From Trichinella spiralis (taxonomy: Eukaryota): DNA of 36,584 nt. Below, in pieces: positions 10,384 through 23,385 of the stretch. The notes under the pieces were generated by a model, which saw only the letters and a list, made by a program, of their open reading frames with translations, made no database searches and was not told the origin of the DNA. The first letter of the stretch is position 1; every line of letters begins with the position of its first letter. Where the stretch lies: assembly GCF_000181795.1 (NCBI RefSeq), contig NW_003526945.1, positions 1,980,971-2,017,554 of the forward strand, written 5' to 3'. The position numbers were made by a program, and so were the translations under genes.

Positions 10384-12272
10384 GATTTGGATGCCAAGAA
10401 TACAAGCTAATTTGCAGCAGATATGAAAAAGCAAACGTAAGTAAATTTGTGAAAATGTAATGCTAAATTGTTAACGTTAGAATGTATGAAAAATGCTTCT
10501 TCCAGGTTATCAAAAGTTATTTTACTTGAATGTTATAAATGTGTCGCTAAATTTTTGCTTACGCATTAGCTAATTTTCATTTAAACAAATGTTTGCTATT
10601 TGCAAGATTGTCAACTTGAGGCAAAATAAACCCAAGCACAAAGTAAGCTTCAATTAATGTTTGCTTACGTTTTTAAAAGATTTTAAAGCGAATTCGTGTT
10701 TTCTTTTCAACTTTCATCATAAAATGAGATTTGTTCAAAAGCAGAAAAAAAGCATAGCAAAATTTTGAAGTTATTTATTTGTTATTATCATTATTGGCAA
10801 ATCATTACTGGTCCATTATTATAACAGTATGAAATTATGCTCATCGAATGAAACAAAATATAACTTTATTTGAATAAAATCGAACAATTTTACAAACATA
10901 AATAGCTTGCTAATCCAGTGTGCTTCGTATTTTGAAATTTCCATTGTACAAATTTAATATTTTATAACAGTAAAATTTTTCACTATCTTCCCTGAATTTT
11001 ATATTCATAGTCGATAGAGGCGGTTTTTTTTGGTAGATGGAGTGTTTTGTTTCATCTGACGTTTAAATAATGACAATATAATCTAAAGTAATAATGTTCA
11101 GTAATATTCTTGCATTATAAACGGAAAATAAACTCCACTAATGGTTTTAAAAACACGAAAGTTAAATTTTAAAATGAGCAGTTCATCCGTTCCAAATGGA
11201 TTCAACTGAAAGTATTATTGTTGTAATTTTTTCTCAAAAACATTCATATTTAAACACTAAAGGAAGAGGAATTTTTTCATTTCACGCTGTTTTTAAGGTT
11301 TCGGGCATTATTTTGCAGAGAACAAAACTCGTCTACGGCATTAATTGTATTTATTGATTTGTATATGTAATATAATATAAAATATGTAATAAAACTTTTA
11401 TTAATGATAATGATGATCGTAAATGAAATTTACCAAATTTTGCCGACTATGCAGCTTAATTATTTGAAATCAGATAATGACAAATCAAATAACAGAATAT
11501 TTTATTTAATGATTTCATTTCAAAATTTTCCTACTTGTGTTGTATTTCATAATCGAATTAAGGCAAGAAAGTGGTTTCACTTTTTTTCTTGATGCGATTA
11601 AATTGTTTAATTACGCAACGAGTTTTAATGTAAAATAATTTACAATTTGGTTTATAAAATGGAAAAATATTGAATGTGTGTAGTCTTGAGTTATTTTTTT
11701 TACTAAGTAGTGAAGTACTTTTATTTTTCATGCGCATGCATCTGACTAACGTGTGTCAAATTTATTTTCATTTATTTTATAATCTTACCAGAAATTATAA
11801 TGTTGTTATTTTAAAGTGAATTTTAAGTTACAAAGAAATTTTTCCAATATGCCCACTTAAATAAATGTAATTTTTCAATTCCATTCAACAAATTTCTTGT
11901 TCAGAATTTATAGTTTTAGCTATTATTAAATATTTGATGGTGTTTTTACTTAATTTTTAAAAATTAATTTATAAATATAATGTAAATAAATTTATTTCAT
12001 ATGTTTATTGCAGTTTTAGAATTCTTTAAAATTAATCTTGATTATTCTATATATGTATTGTAGTATACTGTGTCTTACCGAAATTTCTTTTGTTCAGAAA
12101 CTGTTGAATATTTTCTTTGTATTTTATGAAAAATAATTTAGGTGAAATTTATTGCGTTAGTGAAATTGCTGCTCTTTGTTCATCATGTAGTATGCTTTTA
12201 TTATTGAAATTGTGCTTCGTTTTGCAAATTTTGAAGAAAAGCCATGATCATTAGTTTTCAAGTTGAATTGCA

Positions 12273-15200
12273 ATGATCGATGCTAAAGTTGAAGATGATA
12301 TAAGCGTTATACTGCAGACTCTGTCCTATGGCAATGGTGATTTGTTGAGGGAACTTTTGCGTTCCGATTTTCAGCATTATGTGCATTGGCAAAATGAATT
12401 TGGCCAAACATTTTTGCATATTGCTTCGAGCGTGCCCGGCAATTCTTGCGTTAAAGTGCTCCTTGAAGAAGGCAGTGAGTTTTGTTTGTTTGTTTTCGTT
12501 GCAGCATCATAATTGAATGGAAATTTCAAATTACATAGGTGAAGTCAATGCAACAACGCACGTCACTTGTGGTAGTAAAGTATGACGGGTTTTAATTATA
12601 TTTTTTTAAAAAAATAATATTCTTATTGTGATTAAACGATTGTAGACTCCACTGCATCTCAGTGCCGCTGGAAACGACGTGAACACTTGCATTTTATTAG
12701 TTCAGTATGGTGCTGATCTTTTTGCCAGAGATTCTGAAGGAAATACGCCACTGCAATGCGCCCAGATGCAAAATTTTAAAGAAGTTTCCAATTATTTATT
12801 GGATGAGATTGGTATGTTTTTTTTTACCAAAAACGTGAACATTTTCAAAATTTGTTTTTTCTGTATTCAAGAAAAGCGACGAATAAAGATTACGGAATTA
12901 CAAGACAGTGAGCAATTATAGTTGTGGAAAGTTTGACGAATTATTGCTTTTAAATTACAAATGTTCAATCTAGAATTGCACGTTGCTTGTATGAAGGCCG
13001 ATTTGAATGAAACGGAATTTTTGCTCAAAGAAGCGGAGTCCAATTTTATTTACGGTATAGTGAACGAACCATTGTTGGATGGATCGAATCTTTTGTTCAA
13101 GTAAAATTGCAGTCAATGATTTTTTTGAATTGATTTTCTTTTTTTTTGTGTCTCATTGATCTATTTTGCAGAGTGTGCGAGGCTGGATTAACAAGAGTGG
13201 CTGAGCTTTTGATCAAATTTGGATCTGTTGGTATTGTTAATGCTGCTTCGTTCAATTCACCATTGCACATTGCAATCACTGCTAATCATGTAGATATAGT
13301 CAAATTGTTGCTTAAAGTAAGTGTCAGTTTTTTAAATATTATTTTTAAGCGGCATTCTGATATAATTATTATTGTTAAGAGCTTTGAGTTTACAATCTTT
13401 TTTGGCGCACAATTTAAATGAAGTGGAATTGATAACTTTTTGATGATAATTTGAATTTTAATTCAACAAAAAAATAGAATTAGCTGTTTTCATAATTTGT
13501 CTTTGTAAATAATGCAATTTATGATAATGAGCTAAATGAAACGAGAGTATATGTAATAAAGATATGCCACAAGTATACAGGACTGCTTGTTTGTTTGTTT
13601 AGCTTTAGTTAGTGGGAAAATGTGCTTTTTGTTTTTTACAATTGTGTTGCCTTGGGCATGTTTCAGTTAAAATGACGAATGATTTAACTTTTATTCAATG
13701 AATATCAGGTATGAAATGAATCGAGTTGTTGTTGTTGTTGCTGCGAAATCGATTATTAGAATTTGTTGTTTCACATTATCAATATTTATTTATTTTGTAG
13801 CATTTCCCTGAGTTGGTGCAAATGAGCACCAGTGGTAAATGTTTGCCAATTCATACTGCTGCAAAAGTGGGCAATTTGGAAATGGTGAAAATTCTACTTG
13901 AAAATCCATATCCGAAATATGTGCTGAATTCGTACATGGTCGAGAATTCGGAATGGCAATACAGAATGCCATTCGACGTGAACGCCGTGGATGATGGTCA
14001 TCGTTCGGCGTTGCTCATCGCAGTGGAAGCCGGCTACACTGGGCTTGTTGAATATTTGTTGCAGTTTCACGTGGTCGCGCGTCCACTGAGTGGACAGCAG
14101 TTGTTGTTGTCGCAAAACTCGACCGCCGCCCCACTGGCTAGTGGGGATGTATTGCAGTTCAAAAAGTTTCGGCCGGTTCAAGCGGACTTGAGATGCGCCA
14201 GCGGTTACACGGCGTTGCATTTGGCCGTTCTGAAAGGCAATGTGGAATTGGTGAAGCTGTTGGCGAAACATGGTGCCGACTTGCAGGCACCAATTTCCGG
14301 CACCGCTTTGCAATTGTTCGACAACAGTGGTGAAGAGTTGAGTGGCGCCGCCGGTGCTCTGTTGCTCGCCTGCTCCAAAGAGAACACAGCGATGGTTGAT
14401 TTGCTGCTCAAAGTCGGGGCGACTGATGTCGACAACAAAGTATTGGCTTATTGTTTGGCGTCGTCGAATCGAGACACGCTGGTGACGAAGCTGCTTTCGC
14501 GATTGGTATTTCCGGATCCGGAGTTTCGGGTAAACAAGAAGGCGGTGAACGTCGACTGGATGTTCCAAGTTGGGCGTGGCAAGCCGGTAGCGCCGAGCGC
14601 TCTTTACCCGTCCACAGCGGTCATGCTCAACTGGCACGGATCGCATCTCGGTCGGATCGAGGACCACTGGCTGGCCAGTGCCGCGTTGCAATTGAATCCC
14701 AGATGCAGGCCAAGTCCGACGGGCGTGCTGTTGTCGGCTTGTTTGAGCGCCGCCATAACGCGCATCGACGTGTCCAAAAATTCACTGTCCACTTTGCCGA
14801 GGTGCTTATTCCAGCTGCCGTCGTTGCGCATTTTGAACGCATCGAACAACAAGATCACGTCGCTTGGTCTTGAAAATGACACCTCGAATAAGAGTTTTGC
14901 TGTTAGCTTGGAGGATCTTTATTTGGAACGAAATTTGCTCGATTCCGTCCCGTCTGTTGTGTTCACGTTTCCCAATTTGGTCACGTTGAATTTGGCCGAC
15001 AACAAACTGAAGCATCTGCCAAACAATATGTGGCAGTGTGTTGCACTGAAAGAGCTGAATTTGGCTGGCAATCAGTTGCGCACATTGCCAGCTAAAACTG
15101 CCAACACTGTAAATTCTTCATCGTCGTCATTGTTGTGCGCAACTTCTTCTTCTTCTTCTTCTTCATTAGCTGCTTGTTGCTGCTGTTGCTGTTCAGCGAA

Positions 15201-18200
15201 CAACAGCAGCACTACTAGTGATTATTGTTGCTTGTCAGATTCGGATATGAGCTTTTCCAGTGAGCAGAAAAGTTCCGACTTGACCACCACCTTAAGTCCG
15301 TCGTCGGTGTCGGTGGTCGACGCGGTCAGTGTTGAATTTGCCGACGAATCAGTGTCGATTCGACAATTCAATCGGCACAGTCTTTGGCCAAAGCAGGCGG
15401 AATTGTTGAAACTGACCGATGACAGTTCAACCAAAGGCGACCGTAACTTCAGCTTGAGCATGTTGAATTTGGCTCGCAATGCGTTCGAACAAGTACCACA
15501 AGCGTTGTCTTGTTTGGCGCCTGCGTTGACCAGGCTCAATTTGTCCCACAACTTTTTGCAACAACTGGGACCGATACACTGCTATCCGTCGACACTGAAA
15601 CACTTGGACGTGAGCCACAATCGCGTCCAACATTGGTTCACCGTTAAGAGGAAGGGATGTTTGGATACGAGCCACGAGTCACGTTCCCCGTCCAGAGGAC
15701 CACCGCCGCATTCTAGTCCAATAATTAACAGTGAGATGATGATTTTTGATTGGATTTTAAATTCATTTGTTGCGTTTGCTTTTTATTTCCATTTTTAACA
15801 CGCATTTTGAAGAATACAAATTGCAGGTCGACGTTCACATTCAGTATCTAGGATGCACCATCGTCTTTCGGCTGGAACTTACGAACGAAGCAGTGATAGA
15901 TCTCCTTTGGCTACTGGTGTTTGCTGTGCCCACCGGCAGCACTGTCGTTTGATTAATTTGAGAACGTTACTGCTTGCTGATAATTGCCTGAAGAGTGTGA
16001 CATTTTTTCCAGATAACGACAATGAAAAGCAAGCAGAAAACTTCGAATCGAATTTATCCGGTCTTAACACGCAAGAGGTATTCTGTTGTTGTTGTTGTTG
16101 TATTCATCTTGTTGTATGTGATAAATAGCCTACATCAACACGCAGAGTGTTTATGTAGATAATTGAATGGAATGAAGTGAAATTTTTAGAAACGATTAGC
16201 GTTGATGTTTCCAAATGTTTCAACGTTGGATTTGGCTCGAAATATGATTGTTAATGTGCCAGTGTCGATTGCATTATTGCAGTCGTTGGCGGTGCTTAAT
16301 TTATCGGAAAATCGTCAAATTGCTTGCTTGCCACCGGAAATGGGTTTGCTTGGAAAATTGTGGAACTTGAATTTGACCGGCTGTGGCTTGGACGAACCGT
16401 TCAGCAGCATGATCGAGTCGAAAAAGTGCAAAACAATCGACATCATCAGCTATTTGAAATCCGTTTTGGAAGAGTAAGCTGAATTCAGCCAGCAAAAGCT
16501 GAAATGTTGTTGATGATATTATTTGTTTGTTTTTTCTGTTGCCGTCTACCTGTGCAGTTCGAAAACATATTCCAGACTGAAGCTCATGGTTGTTGGAGTT
16601 CAAGGAATTGGCAAAACTTCGTTGTTGGAACAGCTCAGAGCTGAAGGAATCGGACCACGACGTCCAGCACAAGAAGTAGTAGTAGACCCCATCTCTCTCT
16701 CTCTCTTTCTTTCTCTTTCCAAAGATGTTTTTTCTTTTCTTTTGCTAATTTTTTAATTAATACCTGTTCAGGGATGGGCTAGACGAATGGGTAACAAGAC
16801 AGTTGGTTCAAAAACGGCGTCCGGAATCAACATTTCAACCGTTGGCGTAGACGTGAACGAATGGACTTATCAGCCGAAAAGGCAAAAGGGTCGCCAACGT
16901 CCTCCAATCACTTTTCGTACTTGGGATTTTGGTGGTCAGGTGATAATTTAATGTTTCTATTTTCTTCTATTCAATTTTCACTGTATCATGCATTGCAGAG
17001 AGAATATTACGCAACGCATCAGTATTTTTTGTCGAAAAGGTCCATCTATTTGGTAGTATGGAAGGTGAGCGATGGTGAAGCTGGGATTGCGGAATTTACC
17101 CAATGGTTGATCAACATTCAGGTAAATAGACAATTTGGCATTTGTCGTACTTGGTGCTCATCGAATATAATAATAATGTATATTCTTGGCCTTTATTTAT
17201 TTATTTACTTTATTTATTTATTCTTGGCAGGCACGGGCGCCGAATTCTCCCGTAATTATCGTCGGCACTCACGTGGACGCCATTCGCAGCAACCACAAAC
17301 GTTTTCCGGCCGAATATTTGGACAAATTGCAAACTACAATTCGAGAAAGGTTCATCTCCATCAGCGATCCGGACAAGCGAGGCTTGCCTCGAGTGGTCGA
17401 TTCGATAGCAGTGTCCTGCGTGACCAGAGAGCAGATTCGCACGCTGTGCGAGTTGATCTACCACACCGCTTACGAATTGCGCACCCCCGGCTCCAAGGAA
17501 CGTCTGATTGAGCAGCGTATTCCATCGTCGTACGTCGCTCTTGAGGAAATTGTCACCAAACTGGCGGCAGAACGGAAACAAGCCGGACGGGAGCCGGTCA
17601 TCAATGCGGAAACATTTCGAAACAGTGTTCAAGAGTTGATGCTCAAGCAGACCGGTCGATCGTTTCGTGATACTCATGAGCTCAACTTAGCCGTCGTATT
17701 TCTTCATGAAAATGGTCGTTGATTTTTTTTTCTATTGTCTTTTACATCCAGTGGCATTAATTAATTTTATGTAGATATATATATACATATTTGCCATTTT
17801 GTAGGCGTTCTTTTGCATTACGATGATGCAACGTTGAAAGATTTGTACTTTTTGGATCCTCAGTGGTTGTGTGACGTGCTAGCGCACGTAATTACCGTTC
17901 GTGAGATAAATCCATTTGCTAAAGGAGGTATACTTATATGTTTGTTGTAGTGTTTTATTTATTTATTTAGTTTTTGGAATTCAATGATAAGGTCATTTTA
18001 AACCCCTTTTTTGAGGTTTAATGAAGGTGGACGATTTGAAAATTTTATTCAAAGCCACGCGTCTATCTGTTGCCAACATCCGCAGTTATGCGTTGAATTT
18101 GCTACAAAAGTTCGAAGTTGCGCTAACCTGGGATAACAAAACGTTGCTCATTCCATCACTGCTACCTGATGAGTATCAGTTGCGTGCTGGCTACCCTGGT

Positions 18201-21200
18201 TGTAATGTGAAAGTGAGAACAGTTTTTTTTTTGTTGAAAAAAGATTTCTGGTGTTAATCAATCTGTTCAATGTGTTGATCGTGTGTGTGTGTGTGATTTT
18301 GTTGTCTGTTTCGATTGAAACGGCGTTGAATAATGAATGTGAATATTTTGAGATGAAGAGGAAAGAGGTTTTTCTCTTCTTTTTCTCAGGTTCCAGTCAG
18401 TGCGAGAATTGAAGACAAGAAAGATGATCATTGGTCGATTTTGTCCACGCAAGCGACTGTCGAGAGCTGCTTGACAAGCATGCAAGCCAACTTGTCTATT
18501 GTTGATAATGTTGAAGGCGGCGATTCATCTGAATATAAGGTTGTTGCGTTTCACGAAAACGTTCAGCAGAGTATTCGACGTTTGTACGTGATGTTGTATT
18601 TTCCGTCTGGATTTTGGTCACGTCTGATTACTCGAATTATTGGCGACGATAAAATTGCCGCCATTTTGAACGATCATTATTTGCACGTTTCGCAGGCCGA
18701 AGATTTCCCTCTGGTGGAACAACTGTCGCGTACAGTGTTGGCTGACAACAAGCTCGAATGGCGCCTTTGGCAAACGGGTCTGGAGGTGAACGTGTTCGGT
18801 GTGACGTTGATCAGCGTCAAGGAATTTTTGCCGCTGGCCCAAGTGCGGGATGTCGACTATCGGGACGTGTCGATGCGTTACAAGCAGGATACGTTTTGGA
18901 GTGTCGTCAACGCGGACCAGTCGAGTGTGCTGGAACTCTACTTTCCCCACGTCAGCTTCGAGATTGTCCCAACGTCCAGCGGTCAAGAGGCGAATTATTT
19001 GCAGTCCAGATTCACGTTGGCGACCAATCGTAAAGCAGCCATTCGTCTGCTGGCGTTGACGGTGGAAATTTTGGACACTTTGCTCGAAGATTGGTATCCG
19101 AGTTTGGGCACGCGTTTCATACACACTTCCGAAGGCCGGTACTTGGTCACACGTCTTGTACCTTGTCCCTGTTGTCTGTCGAGTTGTATGAATTTGTCTG
19201 GTCAATCGGTGGAAGACGACGATTGGACCGTATTGCCGAACAAGAAGCGATCATCTAGCAACGTCACCGACGCTGCGGATTTTTCCACCAATACCAGCGA
19301 ATTGACAACGTAAGAGAAAAAACCCAGAAAGTGATACTTCTTTTTTTTCAGTGCACTTACAATCGATCCTTGTTGTAGTGTTGCAGCTGCTTTGAAAGAA
19401 TTTGAACAAATGATAGAGAAAAGCAAACCACGACAGCATCCGGATGATGATGATGATGACAACGTTTCCACAGATCAGCAACAGTCCCTGTTGGAATGCG
19501 TTTGTTGTTTTACAGTTGAAGAATGTATTCACGCCGCCAGCGAAGCTTCTACTGTCAAATGTTTCAAGCACGGCGCTCTTTCTCTGGGCACAGTGGCACC
19601 AGATACGGTATTGAAAATTACTTGCTATTTTTAATATGGATGGTTGGATTCTGTTTTGTTGTATAGGTTTTTCTCGATTTGTCCGATGGTCAGTTGATTG
19701 TGCCGACCACAGTGAAAAGAGGCAAAATGCTCGGTCGTGGTGCTTTCGGTTTTGTTTTCAAAGCAACCGCTAATTTGAGGGTAAGTGCTGCTTGACTCAT
19801 GGGTAAAATGGCGAAGTTGGAATGTGTAAAATGGTAAATTTAATGAAAAAGAAAAACTTTAGAATAATGACGACTGCAAAGACGTAGCTTTGAAAATATT
19901 GCATCCTGTCGATCCTGGCTTTGGAGCGAAAGCTAGCGCTTTGGCTGCTTTCAAAGTTGGCAAAATTGGAGTAAGAAAAATTTGAAATAATGTTTGAAAT
20001 TTGTATTTTTCAAGGCAGCATCGTCGAAATGGAAACGTGATCCTGTTCAACACGCTTGTCGTTCTTATTGTACGGCTCGGCAAGAGTTGAACATTTTGTT
20101 GAAGTTGAAACATTCTTGCATTGTACCGTTGGTTGGAGTCTGTCCACGGCCGTTGTCGCTTGCGTTTGTTCTTGCTCCTCTTGGTTCGCTGGGCGCTTTG
20201 TTGATGAACTACAGGCGTTCAGGTGCTCGAATCAATTGGACATCTTTGCAAGAGACCGCATTCCAGGTTGTGATTGCCTATTATAGTTAAAATGCGAGAG
20301 GCAGTAGCGATACTTGTATACTTACTTGTAACATTTGTTGTAGATTGCGAAAGCGTTGGAATACCTTCACCGAAGTCATGTTATATACAGAGATTTGAAA
20401 TCGGAGAATGTTCTCGTTTGGCACTTTCCCCCTCCGTTCAGTTTGTTGACTACTGTGGAAGTAATTGATTTATTTATTTCAGCTTTTTTTTCTTCTTTTG
20501 AAAATTTGATTATAAAAGGTAAAGCTGGGCGATTATGGTATTAGCCGGAATGCGTTGCCTGCCGGTCACATGAAAGGCTTTGGAGGAACTGAAGGTTTCA
20601 TGGCACCGGAAATTATGCGTTACAATGGTGAAGAAGAGTACACGGACAAAGTGGATTGCTTTTCTTTTGGCATGTTCTTGTATGAATTGTACACGCTGCG
20701 ATTGCCGTTCGAAGGGCAGGAACAAGTCAAAGAATACATCTTGGACGGCGGACGTCCGAACATATCGGTTAAAGTAAAAAGTGTTCACGCAAGCCGCTTG
20801 CGCAGCAGCTGAGACTGTTATTTCAGGATATTGCATATCCGTGCAATTTTTTGGATTTAATGATCAAGTGTTGGTCACAACAGCCTTCAGAACGACCATC
20901 GTCTAGTCAGTTGGTATCACTGACAGCGGCACCTGAATTCAGTCATCTTCTCGATGTGGTTTCGTTAAACGATCCGGAAGTTTATTTCACTGTAGGCGAA
21001 GCTTTTATAAGTGAGTTGTTTTTACTTGTGTCGGTTTGTTATTTGCTTTCTTATTTTTCGAAAATTTTTCTTCTAGATGACAATTTTCCTGTTGCGGATG
21101 AGAATATGGCTTTGGAGGGGGAAATTTGGATCTGTCGCACCGACGGTCAAGTGTCCATATTATCTTCGGACGGTGGCAGTTGGTTTGAATATAAAGTAGT

Positions 21201-22824
21201 AAAGGGACAGAGATGAGTTTATTTGTTTATTTATTTCTATTCTTTTCTAGAATATTACTATTGACAAAGACACGTTCGTTGCTGCGCTTTGTTTGGTCAA
21301 TGATTTCGTTTGGGTGGCTGATTTGACCGGAATGATACGAATATATTGGTAATAACAACGGATATATATATATATATTCCAGCCAATTAAGTTTATATGT
21401 TTTTTTTTCAGTACAAAAATGTACAGCGAAGTGATGAAGTTTAGCATTGCTAATTGTGTCCAACGTCCAGCAGAATGGAATGGGGTTGTTTCCCAAGTGC
21501 AGGTTGAACGTGTTCATTACGTTGAGAAATTGGATTTGGTCGTGTTGTCCGTTTGCACACCACCTACGTTGATTCTTTGTTCCTCAGATCCACATTCCAG
21601 TGAAGCGCTAGTCATAAAATCTGTTCATGACTGTTGCACAGAAGGCAGCAGCATCCTCTGTTCAACGTTCTTTCCTTCAGCAACAGCTGATGGGTACGTT
21701 GATTGCATTTTGCTTTTTATTAATGATCTTTTTTTTAATTGATAATTCATTTCTTGCAGTGTTTATCATTTTTGGGCTGGACGCAGTGGAGGTAATATTT
21801 CCGTGTACAGATTGCAGAACAGAAATTTATTTCACGTGGAATCATTTTCACATCGTACAACATCTGATGATTATGACTCTGAAACTAGCCAGTTGGTGTC
21901 CAGCTGCCATAGCAGCCGTTACATTTGGTCTTATTTGTTTCCAGGCAAGTAAATTTCGATCATTAATTTATAAGAACCATTGGCCATTGTAATTTTTTTT
22001 TGGTTTTTTTTCAAGGCAGTGTTATTTATCAATGGGAAACTGAGACGAAGAAGACCGTTGCCAAATTGGACTGTTCTAAACTTGTGCCATGCTCAGAAAG
22101 TTTGTACACAATGAACGTCGAAGAGCGTTTGACTCGTAAGATTGCAGATTTATTATTTTCAGACGTTTTTGTATTTTAAAATTTTCTTTAAACCCATGCA
22201 TTGTTAATTTTTGTAGCTAGCTTTTGCCAAGTTAGTGCGTTGTATTTGTTAGAAAAGGAAGATTGCTCTCAGTTGTACGTTGGCACCACTTGGGGAGTGA
22301 TCATTGTTGCCGAAGCTGATCAAGTAAAAGAAAATCTCCAAAAAATAAAATCAATTAATTAATTAATTAATTAAAAGGTAATAATCTCTTCTGTGTATTA
22401 ATTTCAGTTGAAACCAATAACAGCTTTTCGACCGTACGTTGAGGATGTTCGTTTGATCGCCGCTTTTACAGCGGATAAACGGACTGCAGTCAGTTCGGCA
22501 ACGCACCAAGCAGCGTCGTCTACCGGCTCAGATCGAAGTGCCAGGCATCAGTCTGCATCTTCGGAATACGCTCAAGGAACAAAATGCAGCGGCGGCAGTT
22601 TGCCCCCCTACCAGGAACGTAAATCGTCGCTAGAAACTGCCGGCACGTTTTCCGCCTACAGTGGACGCGGTCCACTTTTGGTCACCGTTGGTCGAGGCTA
22701 TCGTAGCTTGATTAGTCGTTTTGTTGATTCTTCATCCAGCAAGCCGGATCCCAAATCCAACTCCTTATTGGAGCGCGATCATTTTGCAATTCTCTGGCGT
22801 ACTGACGACTGGACAAACTTCTAG
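12273..22824 (+). CDS. lrk-1: Leucine-rich repeat kinase LRK-1/LRRK (Roco family), about 30 exons, about 2,600 aa
   Basis: Ankyrin repeats (TPLH, TALHLA) at 12.3-14.4 kb; LRRs at 14.7-16.5 kb; ROC GTPase (LMVVGVQGIGKTSLL, STVGVD, TWDFGGQ, EYYATHQYFLS, VGTHVD); COR (FLHENGVLLHY, LDPQWLCD, YFPSGFWSRLITR, LLEDWYPSLGTRF); kinase (LGRGAFGFV, VALK, IYRDLKSENVL, KLGDYGIS, GTEGFMAPE); WD40-like tail ending ILWRTDDWTNF*. The exons chain in frame. Confidence 0.97.
22353..22374. repeat. (AATT)n tetranucleotide repeat in the last lrk-1 intron
   Basis: aattaattaattaattaattaa. Confidence 0.9.
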
Positions 22825-22988
22825 ATGCCGATTTACCCTATATATATGTATATATACATATATGTATTTTATTTGCTCGTCATTGTTTCATTAGTTTTTT
22901 TTGAATTTAGTTAAAGGAATTTTTTATTCCCGTGACACTTTAAGCTGTTTGCTTGGTGTCCTAACTTCGTTGTTAGTTCTTACTATTA

Positions 22989-23015
22989 TTGTTGTTGTTG
23001 TTGTTGTTGTTGTTG
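22989..23015. repeat. (TTG)9 microsatellite downstream of the lrk-1 stop
   Basis: Directly visible. Confidence 0.95.
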
Positions 23016-23372
23016 CTACTATTTTTGCTGTTGCCGTTGATATTGTTGTCACTTTTTTCCCGTATGTTTGAAGTTAGCCTTTGATTTTAGCTCTAAAAGT
23101 CAAAGTAAAAGCTTTTTGATCCACGCACCATTATTAAGGTAGTGCAGAGACGCGGGCATGCACACGAGAAGTATGAGTGTTTTTAAGTATCATTTCAAGA
23201 TTTCATATCTAAATTTGCATACACTAACAGCTTTTTGCAAATCAGGTATGTATTTATGAAAGTCACTTTGAAGGTAATTTTTTAAAAACATTTTCCACGA
23301 TTTTTTAATCTATTCAAGTTGTCAGTAGTTGTGTAAAAGTTTTTCTATCTTGAAACAGACGATATGATCATT

Positions 23373-23385
23373 CCCCCCCCCCCCC
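23373..23385. repeat. C13 homopolymer
   Basis: Directly visible in AT-rich sequence between two convergent stop codons. Confidence 0.95.

Noticed and set aside
6320..10641. Identical 15-mer TAAACCCAAGCACAA at 6320-6334 and 10627-10641 flanking the secreted-protein gene, as a possible target-site duplication
   Set aside because: No terminal repeats, poly(A) tail or transposase. A few such matches are expected by chance in 36 kb of AT-rich DNA.
13894..19205. Many antisense and alternate-frame ORFs over long lrk-1 exons (e.g. 265, 155, 195 aa)
   Set aside because: Explained by stop-codon scarcity opposite GC-rich coding sequence.
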